This document shows, in pieces, positions 1 to 8,600 of a stretch of 44,902 bases of DNA. The notes beneath the pieces are model-generated. The model was not told where the DNA came from. It worked only from the letters and a program-made list of their open reading frames with translations, and ran no database searches. Numbering within the stretch: position 1 is the stretch's first letter; every line of letters begins with the position of its first letter. Where the stretch lies: contig JANNWY010000153.1 in NCBI GenBank assembly GCA_031409335.1, forward strand, positions 1-44,902, read 5' to 3'. The DNA comes from Chthoniobacteraceae bacterium (lineage in GTDB: Bacteria > Verrucomicrobiota > Verrucomicrobiia > Chthoniobacterales > Chthoniobacteraceae). The translations under genes and the position numbers were made by a program.

Positions 1-2
1 GC

Positions 3-479
3 GAGTTTGGCGTGCCGGTGCTGCTGCATTTTCAATTCGCGCGCTACAACACGAGCTTCGATCGTTTTCACAAGATGCTGGAGAAATATCCGACGGTGAA
101 TTTCATCGGCCACGCGCAGACGTGGTGGGCGAATATCGACGCGAAGGCGGAGCAATCCGTGCTGTATCCGAAGGGCGCGGTGACGCCGGGCGGGATCACG
201 GACCAGCTGCTCGCGGACTACGCAAATATGTTTGGCGACCTCAGCGCGGGCTCGGGCCTCAATGCGCTGCTGCGCGATGAAGATCACGCACGGGCGTTTC
301 TCGCGCGGCATCAGGACAAGCTGATGTTTGGGAGCGATTGCAACGATGCGGTCGGCGAGGGCGAGGCGTGCTCGGGGTCGCAGATACTGGCGCCATTGCG
401 GCGGCTCGCGCCGGACAAGGCTGCGGCGCGGAAGATGCTTTTCGAGAATGCGCGGCTGTTGCTGAAGCTGAAGGTGTGA
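3..479 (+). CDS. Amidohydrolase family protein (Amidohydro_2-like), 5'-truncated by window edge
   Basis: Frame is open from the window start (EFGVPVLLHFQ). Motifs PVLLH, NFIGHA, DLSAGSG and KLMFGSD are typical of TIM-barrel metal-dependent hydrolases. Confidence 0.8.
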   Translation, partial: EFGVPVLLHFQFARYNTSFDRFHKMLEKYPTVNFIGHAQTWWANIDAKAEQSVLYPKGAVTPGGITDQLLADYANMFGDLSAGSGLNALLRDEDHARAFLARHQDKLMFGSDCNDAVGEGEACSGSQILAPLRRLAPDKAAARKMLFENARLLLKLKV

Positions 480-506
480 CGCCGGGCTGGCGGCTCACCT
501 ACTCAC

Positions 507-1232
507 TCACTCTCGCGCGTCGGTCGCGCGACTCATCGGTGCGTTGAGCGGACGCGGGAGCGGGCCCATGTCGGCATCGCCCCGCGCGGCCTGTTCGCGA
601 ATGGCTCGCGCGATGGCTCCGGCAAGGCGTCCGCGATAGCCGGGGTCGGAGGCGAAGCGGGCTTCGTCGGCGTTCGAGAGGTAGCCGCATTCGACCAGGA
701 CGCAGGGGATTTCGGGATTGCGCGTGAGGCGCAGTCGGCGGCGGACGAGGCCGCGCGCGTCGTTGCTGGAGAGGATTTCGAGTTTGCGCTGGATGCGGCG
801 CGCGAGGCTGTAGCTGTCCACGCGCCAGTAGTAGGTCTCGGGGCCGTGGAGGTGCGACGGGCCGGAGTTGAAGTGGATGCTGACGAGCACGCCGTCGCCA
901 TATTTGCTGGCGCGGGCGACGCGTTCGTCGAGGTCGATGAAGGTGTCTCTGTCGCGCAGCATCACCGTTTTGAACTGGCCGGAGAGTTCCTTTCGCAGGC
1001 GGCGCGCGACATCGAGCGCGAGATTTTTTTCCAGCTCGCCGGTGCTCCAACTTTGCGCGCCGGAATCCTCGCCGCCGTGGCCGGCATCGATCACGACGGT
1101 GCGAAATTCCCGCGGCCCCGGACGATGTCCGAGCGCATCGCGACCGGAGGAGGAGGGGACATTGGTCGGCGGTGTGGCGCAAGAGGCGAGCACGACGGCG
1201 AGGAGCGCGAGGATGAGGTGCGATTTTTTCAT
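507..1232 (-). CDS. N-acetylmuramoyl-L-alanine amidase (Amidase_3), lipoprotein
   Basis: VVIDAGHGG, LEK, VSIHFN and LVECGYLSN zinc/catalytic motifs. Start placed at MKKSHLILALLAVVLASC (lipobox LASC); the upstream ORF extension lies in a repeat. Confidence 0.9.
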   Translation of the reverse strand: MKKSHLILALLAVVLASCATPPTNVPSSSGRDALGHRPGPREFRTVVIDAGHGGEDSGAQSWSTGELEKNLALDVARRLRKELSGQFKTVMLRDRDTFIDLDERVARASKYGDGVLVSIHFNSGPSHLHGPETYYWRVDSYSLARRIQRKLEILSSNDARGLVRRRLRLTRNPEIPCVLVECGYLSNADEARFASDPGYRGRLAGAIARAIREQAARGDADMGPLPRPLNAPMSRATDARE

Positions 1233-1248
1233 GGGGAAGGTGGTCGGG

Positions 1249-1421
1249 GATTCCGGGTAGCACGCTCGTCCCGAGCGTTGGTTTGGGCGTCCCGCCGGAA
1301 CGAAATTTTTGCAACGTGGATCGCGGAACAATGTTCGCGTTTCGGGTTGAGGACGCGACGGGAAGTTCGTCTCCGCGGGACGCGAAGACCAACGCTCGGG
1401 ACGAGCGTGCTACCCGGAATC
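1249..1421. repeat. REPIN-like element (inverted pair of GTAG-type REPs), family A
   Basis: Perfect 34-bp inverted repeat 1249-1282 / 1388-1421 (GATTCCGGGTAGCACGCTCGTCCCGAGCGTTGGT), extending imperfectly inward. Each arm has GTAG followed by the hairpin ACGCTCG-TCC-CGAGCGT. Confidence 0.9.
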
Positions 1422-1422
1422 A

Positions 1423-4400
1423 CTACGCCGCGCCCTCGATGGTTTCGAGCGTCTCGCTGTGCAGGTCGCCGCTTTTTCCAAAGGCCTCGGCGACACTCGG
1501 CACATGCTCCGAGGTGCTGCTGCTGAGCACGTCGCCATCGTCGCCGTTGGTCGGCCTTTCGCGGGTGCTGAATTTTACGCCGACGAGTTTCGAGACGCCG
1601 TGTTCTTCCATCGTCACGCCGTAGATCGCATCGGCGCGGGCGATGGTGCGTTTGTTGTGGCTGATGACGACGAACTGCGATTGGCCGGCGAAGCGATCGA
1701 GGATTTTGATGAAGCGGTTGATGTTCGATTCGTCGAGCGGCGCGTCCATTTCATCGAGCACGCAGAAGGGCGACGGCTTCACCATGTAGATCGAGAAGAG
1801 CAGCGCGACGGCGGTCATGGTTTTTTCACCGCCGGAAAGCAGCGTGATGCTGGTGAGCTGTTTGCCGGGCGGTTTCGCGATGATGTCGATGCCGCTTTCG
1901 AGCGGGTCGCTTTCGTCGCTGAGGACGAGGTTCGCTTTGCCGCCGCCGAAGAGTTCGGTGAACATTTCCTGAAAGTTCACGCGGATCTTTTCAAACGTGT
2001 CGGCGAAGAGGACTTTGGTCGTGTTGTTGATCTTCGCGATGACGTCGAGCAGCTCGGTTTTCGAGTTGGTGAGGTCGGTGTTTTGCTGTTCGAGGAACGT
2101 GTAGCGCTGTTCGAGCTCGTCGTATTCCTGGATGGCGTCGAGGTTGACGGGGCCCATGGAATCGAGGCGCGTGTCGAGGTCTTTGACGATCGAGTCGAGG
2201 CGGTCCCAGTCGATCGCGAAGGCGTCGTCCAGTAGGGCAGCCGCCTCGGCTGCCGGCAGTTCTGCGGGTGCCTCGCCCGCAGTGCCGGGATCGACGGGCG
2301 GGGCGCCCGTCGGACTTTCGTCAGGCGGGGCGCCTGCGCTACTTGCGCTGGCGCGCTTCGCGTTTTCGCGAATGGCGACGCGCAGCCCGTGGAGGTCGCG
2401 CTCGAATTCGTGGAGATCGAGCTGGTAGCGTTTCTGGATGTGCTCGTGGATCGCGGTGCTGCGCATCTCGAGCTGCGACTGGCGCACTTCGAGGCGGCTG
2501 CGTTTGTCGTGATATTCGGTGAGTTGATGGCGGAGAAGCCGCAGCGTGTTCGCGAGTTCCTCGACCGCGCCGGCCATGCCCGCGCGCTCTTCCAGCAAGG
2601 CCCCGACGGCAGTCTCGCCTTCACCGACTTGCTCGCAGAGACGCTCCAGATTCGCATTGATCTCGGCGTTCTCCACCTGCATCGCGGCGGCACGTTCGGT
2701 GTAAGTCTCGATGTCGAGCTGGCGCTGCGCGATGAGTTCGCACAGCTCGGCGATGCGGGCTTCCATCGGCAGGCGCTGATGATGGAGCGAGGAATGCCGC
2801 TGCCGCTCGGTGGCGACTTTGATCTTCAATTCATTCAACTCGCCCGCGACTTCGCTCTCCTGCGCGCGCAGGACTTCGAGATCGTTTGCCGCTTCGGCAC
2901 GGCGCGCTTGCAGTGCGGCGATTTGCTCCTGGCTCGCGGCGAGGTCCGTTTCGAGCGCGCCAACGCGATGCGCCGCTTCCTGATGCCGCGCCTCGCTGCT
3001 TGCGCGTTCGCCTTCCAGATTCTGCTGCTTGCGTTCCGTCTCCTTCGCTTCGCGTTCGGTCATCGCGAGCTGATTGCGCATCGTGGAGACTTGCAGTGTC
3101 GCGTTCTGCTTTTCCTCACGCGCTTCATCGAGCCGCGCCTGCGTCGTTTCGATTTCGAGCGCGAGTTCGTCGCGGCGCTGATTCAGCGCGGCGACTTGCT
3201 CCACGATCACCGCTTCCTCGCGTTCGAGATCGTGGATCTGATTCTTCCGCTGAAGCACCGAGTTCACCGCCTCGCTCGTCGCGCCGCCGTAGAGGATGCC
3301 GTCGGCGCTCAACACTTCGCCCGCGAGGGTGACGAATTTCAAATCGCAGATTTCAGATTTCCCTTCGACAGGCTCAGAGCCTTGAGCTTGTCGAAACGGC
3401 AGATTGGCAGCGATGCGGAGCGCGGTTTCCAAATTGGCCACGAGCACCGTTCCCGCGAGCAGTCGCTCGATCAATTTCTGCGTGTTGCCATTTTCCGTCA
3501 CCGTCACTTTATCGAGCACCCAACCGAGAGCGCCGTCAGGCAGCGTGGAATTCAATCTAAAATCTGAAATCCCAAATCCAAAATCCCTCAGCGCCAGCGC
3601 GGCCTTGCCGAGTTTTTGCGCGGTCAGCGTTTTCAAAACGCTTTCCGCGATCATCGAATCTTTCATCACGATCGCCTGCAAATTGGCTCCCAGCGCTGCT
3701 TCCACGGCGGTCACAAATTCCGGCTGCACCTCGATGAACTGCGCCACGGCACCCATCACCGACGGCTTGAAAAACTCCGGGTTATCCAGTCCGCGCAACA
3801 CTGCCTGCGTGCCTTCGGAGAAACCTTCGCCGCCTTCGTTCAAGGCGCGCAGCACTTCGAGTTTCGATTCCTTTTCCGCCAAGGCGCGCTGCGCGTCGCG
3901 CAACTCGCGATCCACTCCCACGAGCGTGGCTTGCGATTCGCGCAGGCTGCTTTCGGCATGGGTCACATGGGCCGTATGGGACTCATGCTCGGTGATCGCA
4001 CGCTCCAGCTCCGCCTGCGTATTGCGGAGGCGATCCGTGAATTCCGTGAACGCAAACGTGAGCTGCTCCAGCTCGCCCGACAGGAAACTCAGCCGCGCTT
4101 CCGCGCCATCGCGCTGCTGCATCACGCCCGAGATTTGTCCGCGCAGACTGCTCAACTTGTTTTCGACCCGCGCCGTGTCATTCGCCACCGCGCTGATGAT
4201 CTGCTCCGCCTCCTGCCGCTGCGCGGTCAGCGACGCCGTTGCCGCCTGCTTTTCCTCCATCCGCCGCAGCTCACCCGCGAGCATTTCCGTGATCTGCGCC
4301 AGCTCCGTATCGGTATCGTGCAACTGCGTTTCCGCGACCCGGAATTTCTCCTCCGCACCCGCCACATCCGCGCGATACCGCTCCACGAGCCCCTCGAATT

Positions 4401-5337
4401 CCGCCGCCCGCTCCGTGTTAAAAAGCGCGCGACTTTCGTGATTCGAGATGCGCGTGCGCAGATCGTTCACCGCCTGCCGCGCCTGATTCAGCCTTGCTTC
4501 CATCTCCTCGAGAGCCGCCCGCTGCACTTGCACCTGCGCCTCCTGCTGCTCGATCTCCTGCTCCGCCTCGATCTGTTTGTCCGAGAACGCCGCGTGCTCC
4601 GCCGCCGCCGCCGCGCGCTGCTCTTCAAACGAATCGAACTGCCGCTTCGCCGCGTGCGTTTCCAGCATCCGCAGATCCGACAGCAGCGACTGATACCGCC
4701 GCGCCTTTCCCGCCTGCCGCTGCAGCGACCCGATCTGCCGCTTCACCTCTTTGACGATGTCCTCGAGCCGCAGCAAATTTGCCTCCGTCGCCTCCAGCTT
4801 CCGCAGCGCCTCCTTCTTCTGCGACTTGTATTTGGTAATCCCCGCAGCCTCTTCAAAAATCGCCCGCCGATCCTCGGGCCGCGACGACAAAATCGCGTCG
4901 ATCTTCCCCTGCTCCATGATCGAATACGCCGACCGCCCGATCCCCGTATCCATGAACATCTGATGAATGTCCTTCAACCGGCACGGCGTCTTGTTCAGCA
5001 AATACTCCGAGCCGCCATCGCGGAAAACGCGGCGCGTAATCGTCACCTCATGCCAGTCGAGCCCGAGCGCCTCCTCACATTCCGAAAACGTCATCGACAC
5101 CTCCGCCATCCCCACCGCCGCGCGCGAATCGGTGCCCGAGAAAATCACATCCGCCATCTCGCCGCCGCGCAGCGCCTTTGCCGACTGCTCGCCGAGCACC
5201 CAGCGGATCGAATCGAGCACATTCGATTTTCCGCACCCATTCGGTCCGACGACACACGTCACGCCGCGATGAAATTCCATCACCGTGCGAGGCGCGAAAG
5301 ACTTGAAGCCGAATATTTCGAGGGACTTGAGATACAT
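1423..5337 (-). CDS. smc: Chromosome segregation protein SMC
   Basis: MYLKSLEIFGFKSF start, Walker A GPNGCGKSN, FEEAAG, coiled coils with hinge, LSGGEK signature, Walker B/D-loop VLDEMDAPLD. Confidence 0.98.
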   Translation of the reverse strand: MYLKSLEIFGFKSFAPRTVMEFHRGVTCVVGPNGCGKSNVLDSIRWVLGEQSAKALRGGEMADVIFSGTDSRAAVGMAEVSMTFSECEEALGLDWHEVTITRRVFRDGGSEYLLNKTPCRLKDIHQMFMDTGIGRSAYSIMEQGKIDAILSSRPEDRRAIFEEAAGITKYKSQKKEALRKLEATEANLLRLEDIVKEVKRQIGSLQRQAGKARRYQSLLSDLRMLETHAAKRQFDSFEEQRAAAAAEHAAFSDKQIEAEQEIEQQEAQVQVQRAALEEMEARLNQARQAVNDLRTRISNHESRALFNTERAAEFEGLVERYRADVAGAEEKFRVAETQLHDTDTELAQITEMLAGELRRMEEKQAATASLTAQRQEAEQIISAVANDTARVENKLSSLRGQISGVMQQRDGAEARLSFLSGELEQLTFAFTEFTDRLRNTQAELERAITEHESHTAHVTHAESSLRESQATLVGVDRELRDAQRALAEKESKLEVLRALNEGGEGFSEGTQAVLRGLDNPEFFKPSVMGAVAQFIEVQPEFVTAVEAALGANLQAIVMKDSMIAESVLKTLTAQKLGKAALALRDFGFGISDFRLNSTLPDGALGWVLDKVTVTENGNTQKLIERLLAGTVLVANLETALRIAANLPFRQAQGSEPVEGKSEICDLKFVTLAGEVLSADGILYGGATSEAVNSVLQRKNQIHDLEREEAVIVEQVAALNQRRDELALEIETTQARLDEAREEKQNATLQVSTMRNQLAMTEREAKETERKQQNLEGERASSEARHQEAAHRVGALETDLAASQEQIAALQARRAEAANDLEVLRAQESEVAGELNELKIKVATERQRHSSLHHQRLPMEARIAELCELIAQRQLDIETYTERAAAMQVENAEINANLERLCEQVGEGETAVGALLEERAGMAGAVEELANTLRLLRHQLTEYHDKRSRLEVRQSQLEMRSTAIHEHIQKRYQLDLHEFERDLHGLRVAIRENAKRASASSAGAPPDESPTGAPPVDPGTAGEAPAELPAAEAAALLDDAFAIDWDRLDSIVKDLDTRLDSMGPVNLDAIQEYDELEQRYTFLEQQNTDLTNSKTELLDVIAKINNTTKVLFADTFEKIRVNFQEMFTELFGGGKANLVLSDESDPLESGIDIIAKPPGKQLTSITLLSGGEKTMTAVALLFSIYMVKPSPFCVLDEMDAPLDESNINRFIKILDRFAGQSQFVVISHNKRTIARADAIYGVTMEEHGVSKLVGVKFSTRERPTNGDDGDVLSSSTSEHVPSVAEAFGKSGDLHSETLETIEGAA
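2232..2342. repeat. In-frame GTAG REP cluster (four hairpins) inside smc
   Basis: Starts GTAG-GGCAGCCG-CCT-CGGCTGCC and ends CAGGCG-GGG-CGCCTG-CG-CTAC, with inner hairpins at 2262-2282 and 2292-2312. Length 111 nt = 37 codons of Pro/Ala/Gly-rich peptide. Confidence 0.8.
3334..3407. repeat. In-frame palindrome flanked by degenerate 7-mers inside smc hinge region
   Basis: TTCGACAGGCTCA (3364-3376) pairs with TGAGCTTGTCGAA (3383-3395) at 12/13. Flanking heptamers GAATTTC/AAATCGC/AGATTTC/AGATTTC. Encodes NLPFRQAQGSEPVEGKSEICDLKF. Confidence 0.75.
3553..3587. repeat. Heptamer tandem repeat (AAATCYN-like x5) inside smc
   Basis: CAATCTA AAATCTG AAATCCC AAATCCA AAATCCC; AT-rich, encodes DFGFGISDFRL. 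Confidence 0.8.
3957..3992. repeat. Degenerate nonamer tandem repeat inside smc
   Basis: CATGGGTCA CATGGGCCG TATGGGACT CATGCTCGG. Shares the exact 14-mer GCATGGGTCACATG with 22274-22287. Confidence 0.6.
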
Positions 5338-5410
5338 GATTTGGGTGGGTAAAAAGTGGTGCTTTCCGGGTAGAGGCGCTAAAAATAGAGAGCCCAACGA
5401 TTTGCGGCAA

Positions 5411-5458
5411 GCACAAGATGTAGTGGCTTGGTGAAAATCTGCGCACCATTAGGAGTGG
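5411..5458. promoter_or_regulatory. Putative tandem NrdR boxes upstream of smc
   Basis: GCACAAGATGTAGTGG (5411-5426) fits the NrdR-box consensus acaCwAtATaTwGtg. A degenerate copy GCACCATTAGGAGTGG (5443-5458, 11/16 identical) lies 32 bp away. Confidence 0.55.
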
Positions 5459-5686
5459 TAGGTGTAAAGCGAAGTCCAAGAAGAGGATCGCCGCCCGAAC
5501 CGCGGCGGAGCGTGAGAAATGGCGCGCCGCTGGCAGGTTTGCCGACGCGGCGCGGAGGCGGTGCATCCATCTTGTTGAATTGGGCGCAAGACCTCGGTTT
5601 TAGATGGAGTCTCAGCTTGACTTCGTTGAGAAAATTTTCCAGAAACACTAGAAATCGCCGGCCACAGTCCAATTCCGACTTATCGC

Positions 5687-8600
5687 ATGAAAAATCCCTT
5701 TCTTTCCCAAATCCGCCGCAGGTGGTCGATGACCGCTTCGCGGCGCGCGCTTTTTCCACCGATGCGGGTGGCGGCGGTCGAAGCACTCGAGCAGCGTATC
5801 GCGCCCGCATTCGTCACGCTTCCTTCGCCCACGCCGGAGGTTCCCGGCGTGCTGCTCGATCCGAACACCACCGGGCTCGCGGGCACGGTTGTCGGATTTA
5901 TGGACGACGCGCTGCCGACGCCTTTCGCATCCGGCACGCTCCGGACGATCGTGGTCGATCGCGATCCCACGGCGGGAGTCGCATTGGATTTCTACTACCA
6001 ACTCGTCAATAGCTCGCCTGGCCCCGATCCAATGGGCGACGCGGATTTCTTCCGCTTTAAGACGACCGGCGGATTCAGCAACACGCAGGTCCCGGGCGTC
6101 GATCCGGTCGCGGTCGCGCAGACTACGACGCTCGCGGGACTCGTCGGTGGAACGTCGGGCATCAACTTCGGCAGCTATGCACAAGGTGGCGCATTGCAGA
6201 CCGCCATGACCGCGGATCGGGACGTGGGTTCGCCGGGAAGCGTCGGGTTCGATTTCCCGAATCACCCGGCCTTCACCGGAAGTCCGAACAATGTGAATTT
6301 TGGCCAGTCGAGCGCCTTCCTCGTCGTGCGGACGAATGCTGCGAACTTTGTCGCGACCCAGTCGGCGGTGAGTGGATCGTCAACCGCTTTTCCGATCACT
6401 TTTGCCCCGACCGCGAATGCCGGTCCCGCGAACTTTGTCGTCACGACCACGCTCGATGTCGTCGATGCGCTCGACGGCGTGGTGTCGCTGCGCGAAGCGA
6501 TCTCGCTCGCGAATGCGAATTCCGGCGCGGATACGATCGCGTTCAACCTGGCCGGGCCGGGCGGTTTTTTCACGATCGTCCCCGCGACGCCGCTGCCAGA
6601 GATCACCGAAGCAGTCGTCATCGACGGCTACACGCAGGCCGGCAGCTCGGTGAATACCGCGAGCGTCGGCACGAATGCGGTGCCGCGTGTGGTGCTCAAT
6701 GGGGCGGTGCAGGGCGGGGGCCATGTGCTGGTGCTCGGCGGCACGGGCGGCAGCACGGTGCAAGGGCTCATCATTCAGGGCGCGGCCAATGCGATCAATG
6801 ACAACGGCCACGGCATCGCAGTGCGCTCAGACAACAACACCATCACCGGCAATTTTATCGGTACCGATACCTCGGGCACACTCGATCGTGGGAACGCGAA
6901 CGCGCAGGTCAGCGTGGGCCTTTTCACTGGCGTGGAAAATTTCACCGGCAACCGCATCGGCGGCACGGCGCTCGCGGATCGCAACGTCCTTTCGGGCGGC
7001 GCGTTTGGCGTGCAGCTCACGAACGATTCCTTCGGCACGCTGATTCAGGGGAACTTGATCGGCACGGGCAAAACCGGCAGCAATGCGATCCCGAACAGCA
7101 ACGCGGGCATCGCGAATGGCGGCACCGGCACGGTCATCGGCGGCGGGACGGCGGGCGCGGGAAATGTCATCAGCGGAAACGATGGCTGGGGCATCAATAC
7201 CGGCGGGACGAACACGACGATTCAGGGGAATTTCATCGGCACGAATGCGGCGGGGACGGCGGCGCTGGCGAACGCGCGCTCCGGCGTGAATTTCAGCAAT
7301 GGCGCGACGACCGGCCTGGTCGGCGGAAGCGGTGCGGGGCAGGGAAATTTGATCTCGGGCAACACGTTCCAGGGCATCGAAATCGGGAGCGCATTTGGCG
7401 ATGGCCCAGGCGACAACATCACCGTGCTCGGGAACAAAATCGGCACGGCTGTGGACGGGACGACGGAGCTCGCGAATGGCGGGCCGGGCATCGGCGTCTT
7501 CGGGACTTCGGGCGCGATCATCGGCGGCGTGAATGCGGGCGAGGGAAATGTGATCGCGTTCAATGACGCGGAGGGCGTTTTGATGGATGAGGTCGCGGGC
7601 GCGATCTCCGGCGTGCGCATTGCCGGGAACAGCATCCACAGCAACGCCCGACTCGGCATCGATCTCCACGGCTCCGCGGACCCGGCCAATGGCGTGACGG
7701 TGAACGACACTGGCGACGCCGACACTGGCCCGAACGGGCTGCAAAATTTCCCCGTCATCACGGGCGTCACCGCGAATTCCGTGAGCGGCACGCTGAACAC
7801 GACCGCGTCCGCCGTGTTCACGCTGCATTTTTACTCAAACATCGGCGCGGATCTCACCGGCTTCGGCGAGGGCCGCACGTATCTCGGCTCGACCACGGCC
7901 AATACCAACGGCGCCGGCGCGGCCACGTTCAGTTTCGGGCCGGCGGTGATTCCGGCGGGCAGTTTCGTGACGGCCACTGCGACCACAGCAGCAAACAGCA
8001 CGTCGGAATTTTCCAACGCCGTGCAGCTCTCGAGCAGCGCCTTCGTCGTCACCACCACGCTCGATACGGTGAACGCGACCGACGGCGTCGTGTCATTGCG
8101 CGAAGCGATCATTGCCGCGAACAGCACCACCGGCACCGACACCATCAGTTTCAACATTCCGGGCGCGGGTGTGCAAACGATCGCGCCGACGAGCGTGCTG
8201 CCGGCGATCACCGACCCGGTCATCATCGACGGCTTTTCGCAGGTGGGCTCTTCGGCGAATACGAACGGGCCGGGGCTTGGCGACAACTCGGTGCATCTCA
8301 TCGCGCTCAGCGGCGTGAATGCGGGCGCGGGAATCGGCCAGCACGGGCTGCTCATCAGCGCGGGCGGCAGCACCGTGCGCGGACTCGCGATCGGTGGATT
8401 TGGCGGCAGCGGCATCCTGCTCCAGACCCTCGGCGGGAATGTGATCGAAGGAAATTTCATCGGCACGAATACCGCAGGCTCCTCGGTGCTCGGCAACGGC
8501 GTCAACGGCGTGAGCATCAGCGGTGTCGCTGGAAATCTCATCGGCGGCACGCTGCCGGCTGCCCGGAATGTGATCTCGGGCAATGCCTCGGGCGGCGTGG

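Noticed and set aside
499..1423. ORF extensions across the amidase-smc intergenic region
   Set aside because: They translate the REPIN; the amidase signal peptide begins at 1232.
5483..5496. 14-mer GAGGATCGCCGCCC shared with the rpoA leader (43642-43655)
   Set aside because: Single GC-rich match with no flanking similarity; may be chance.
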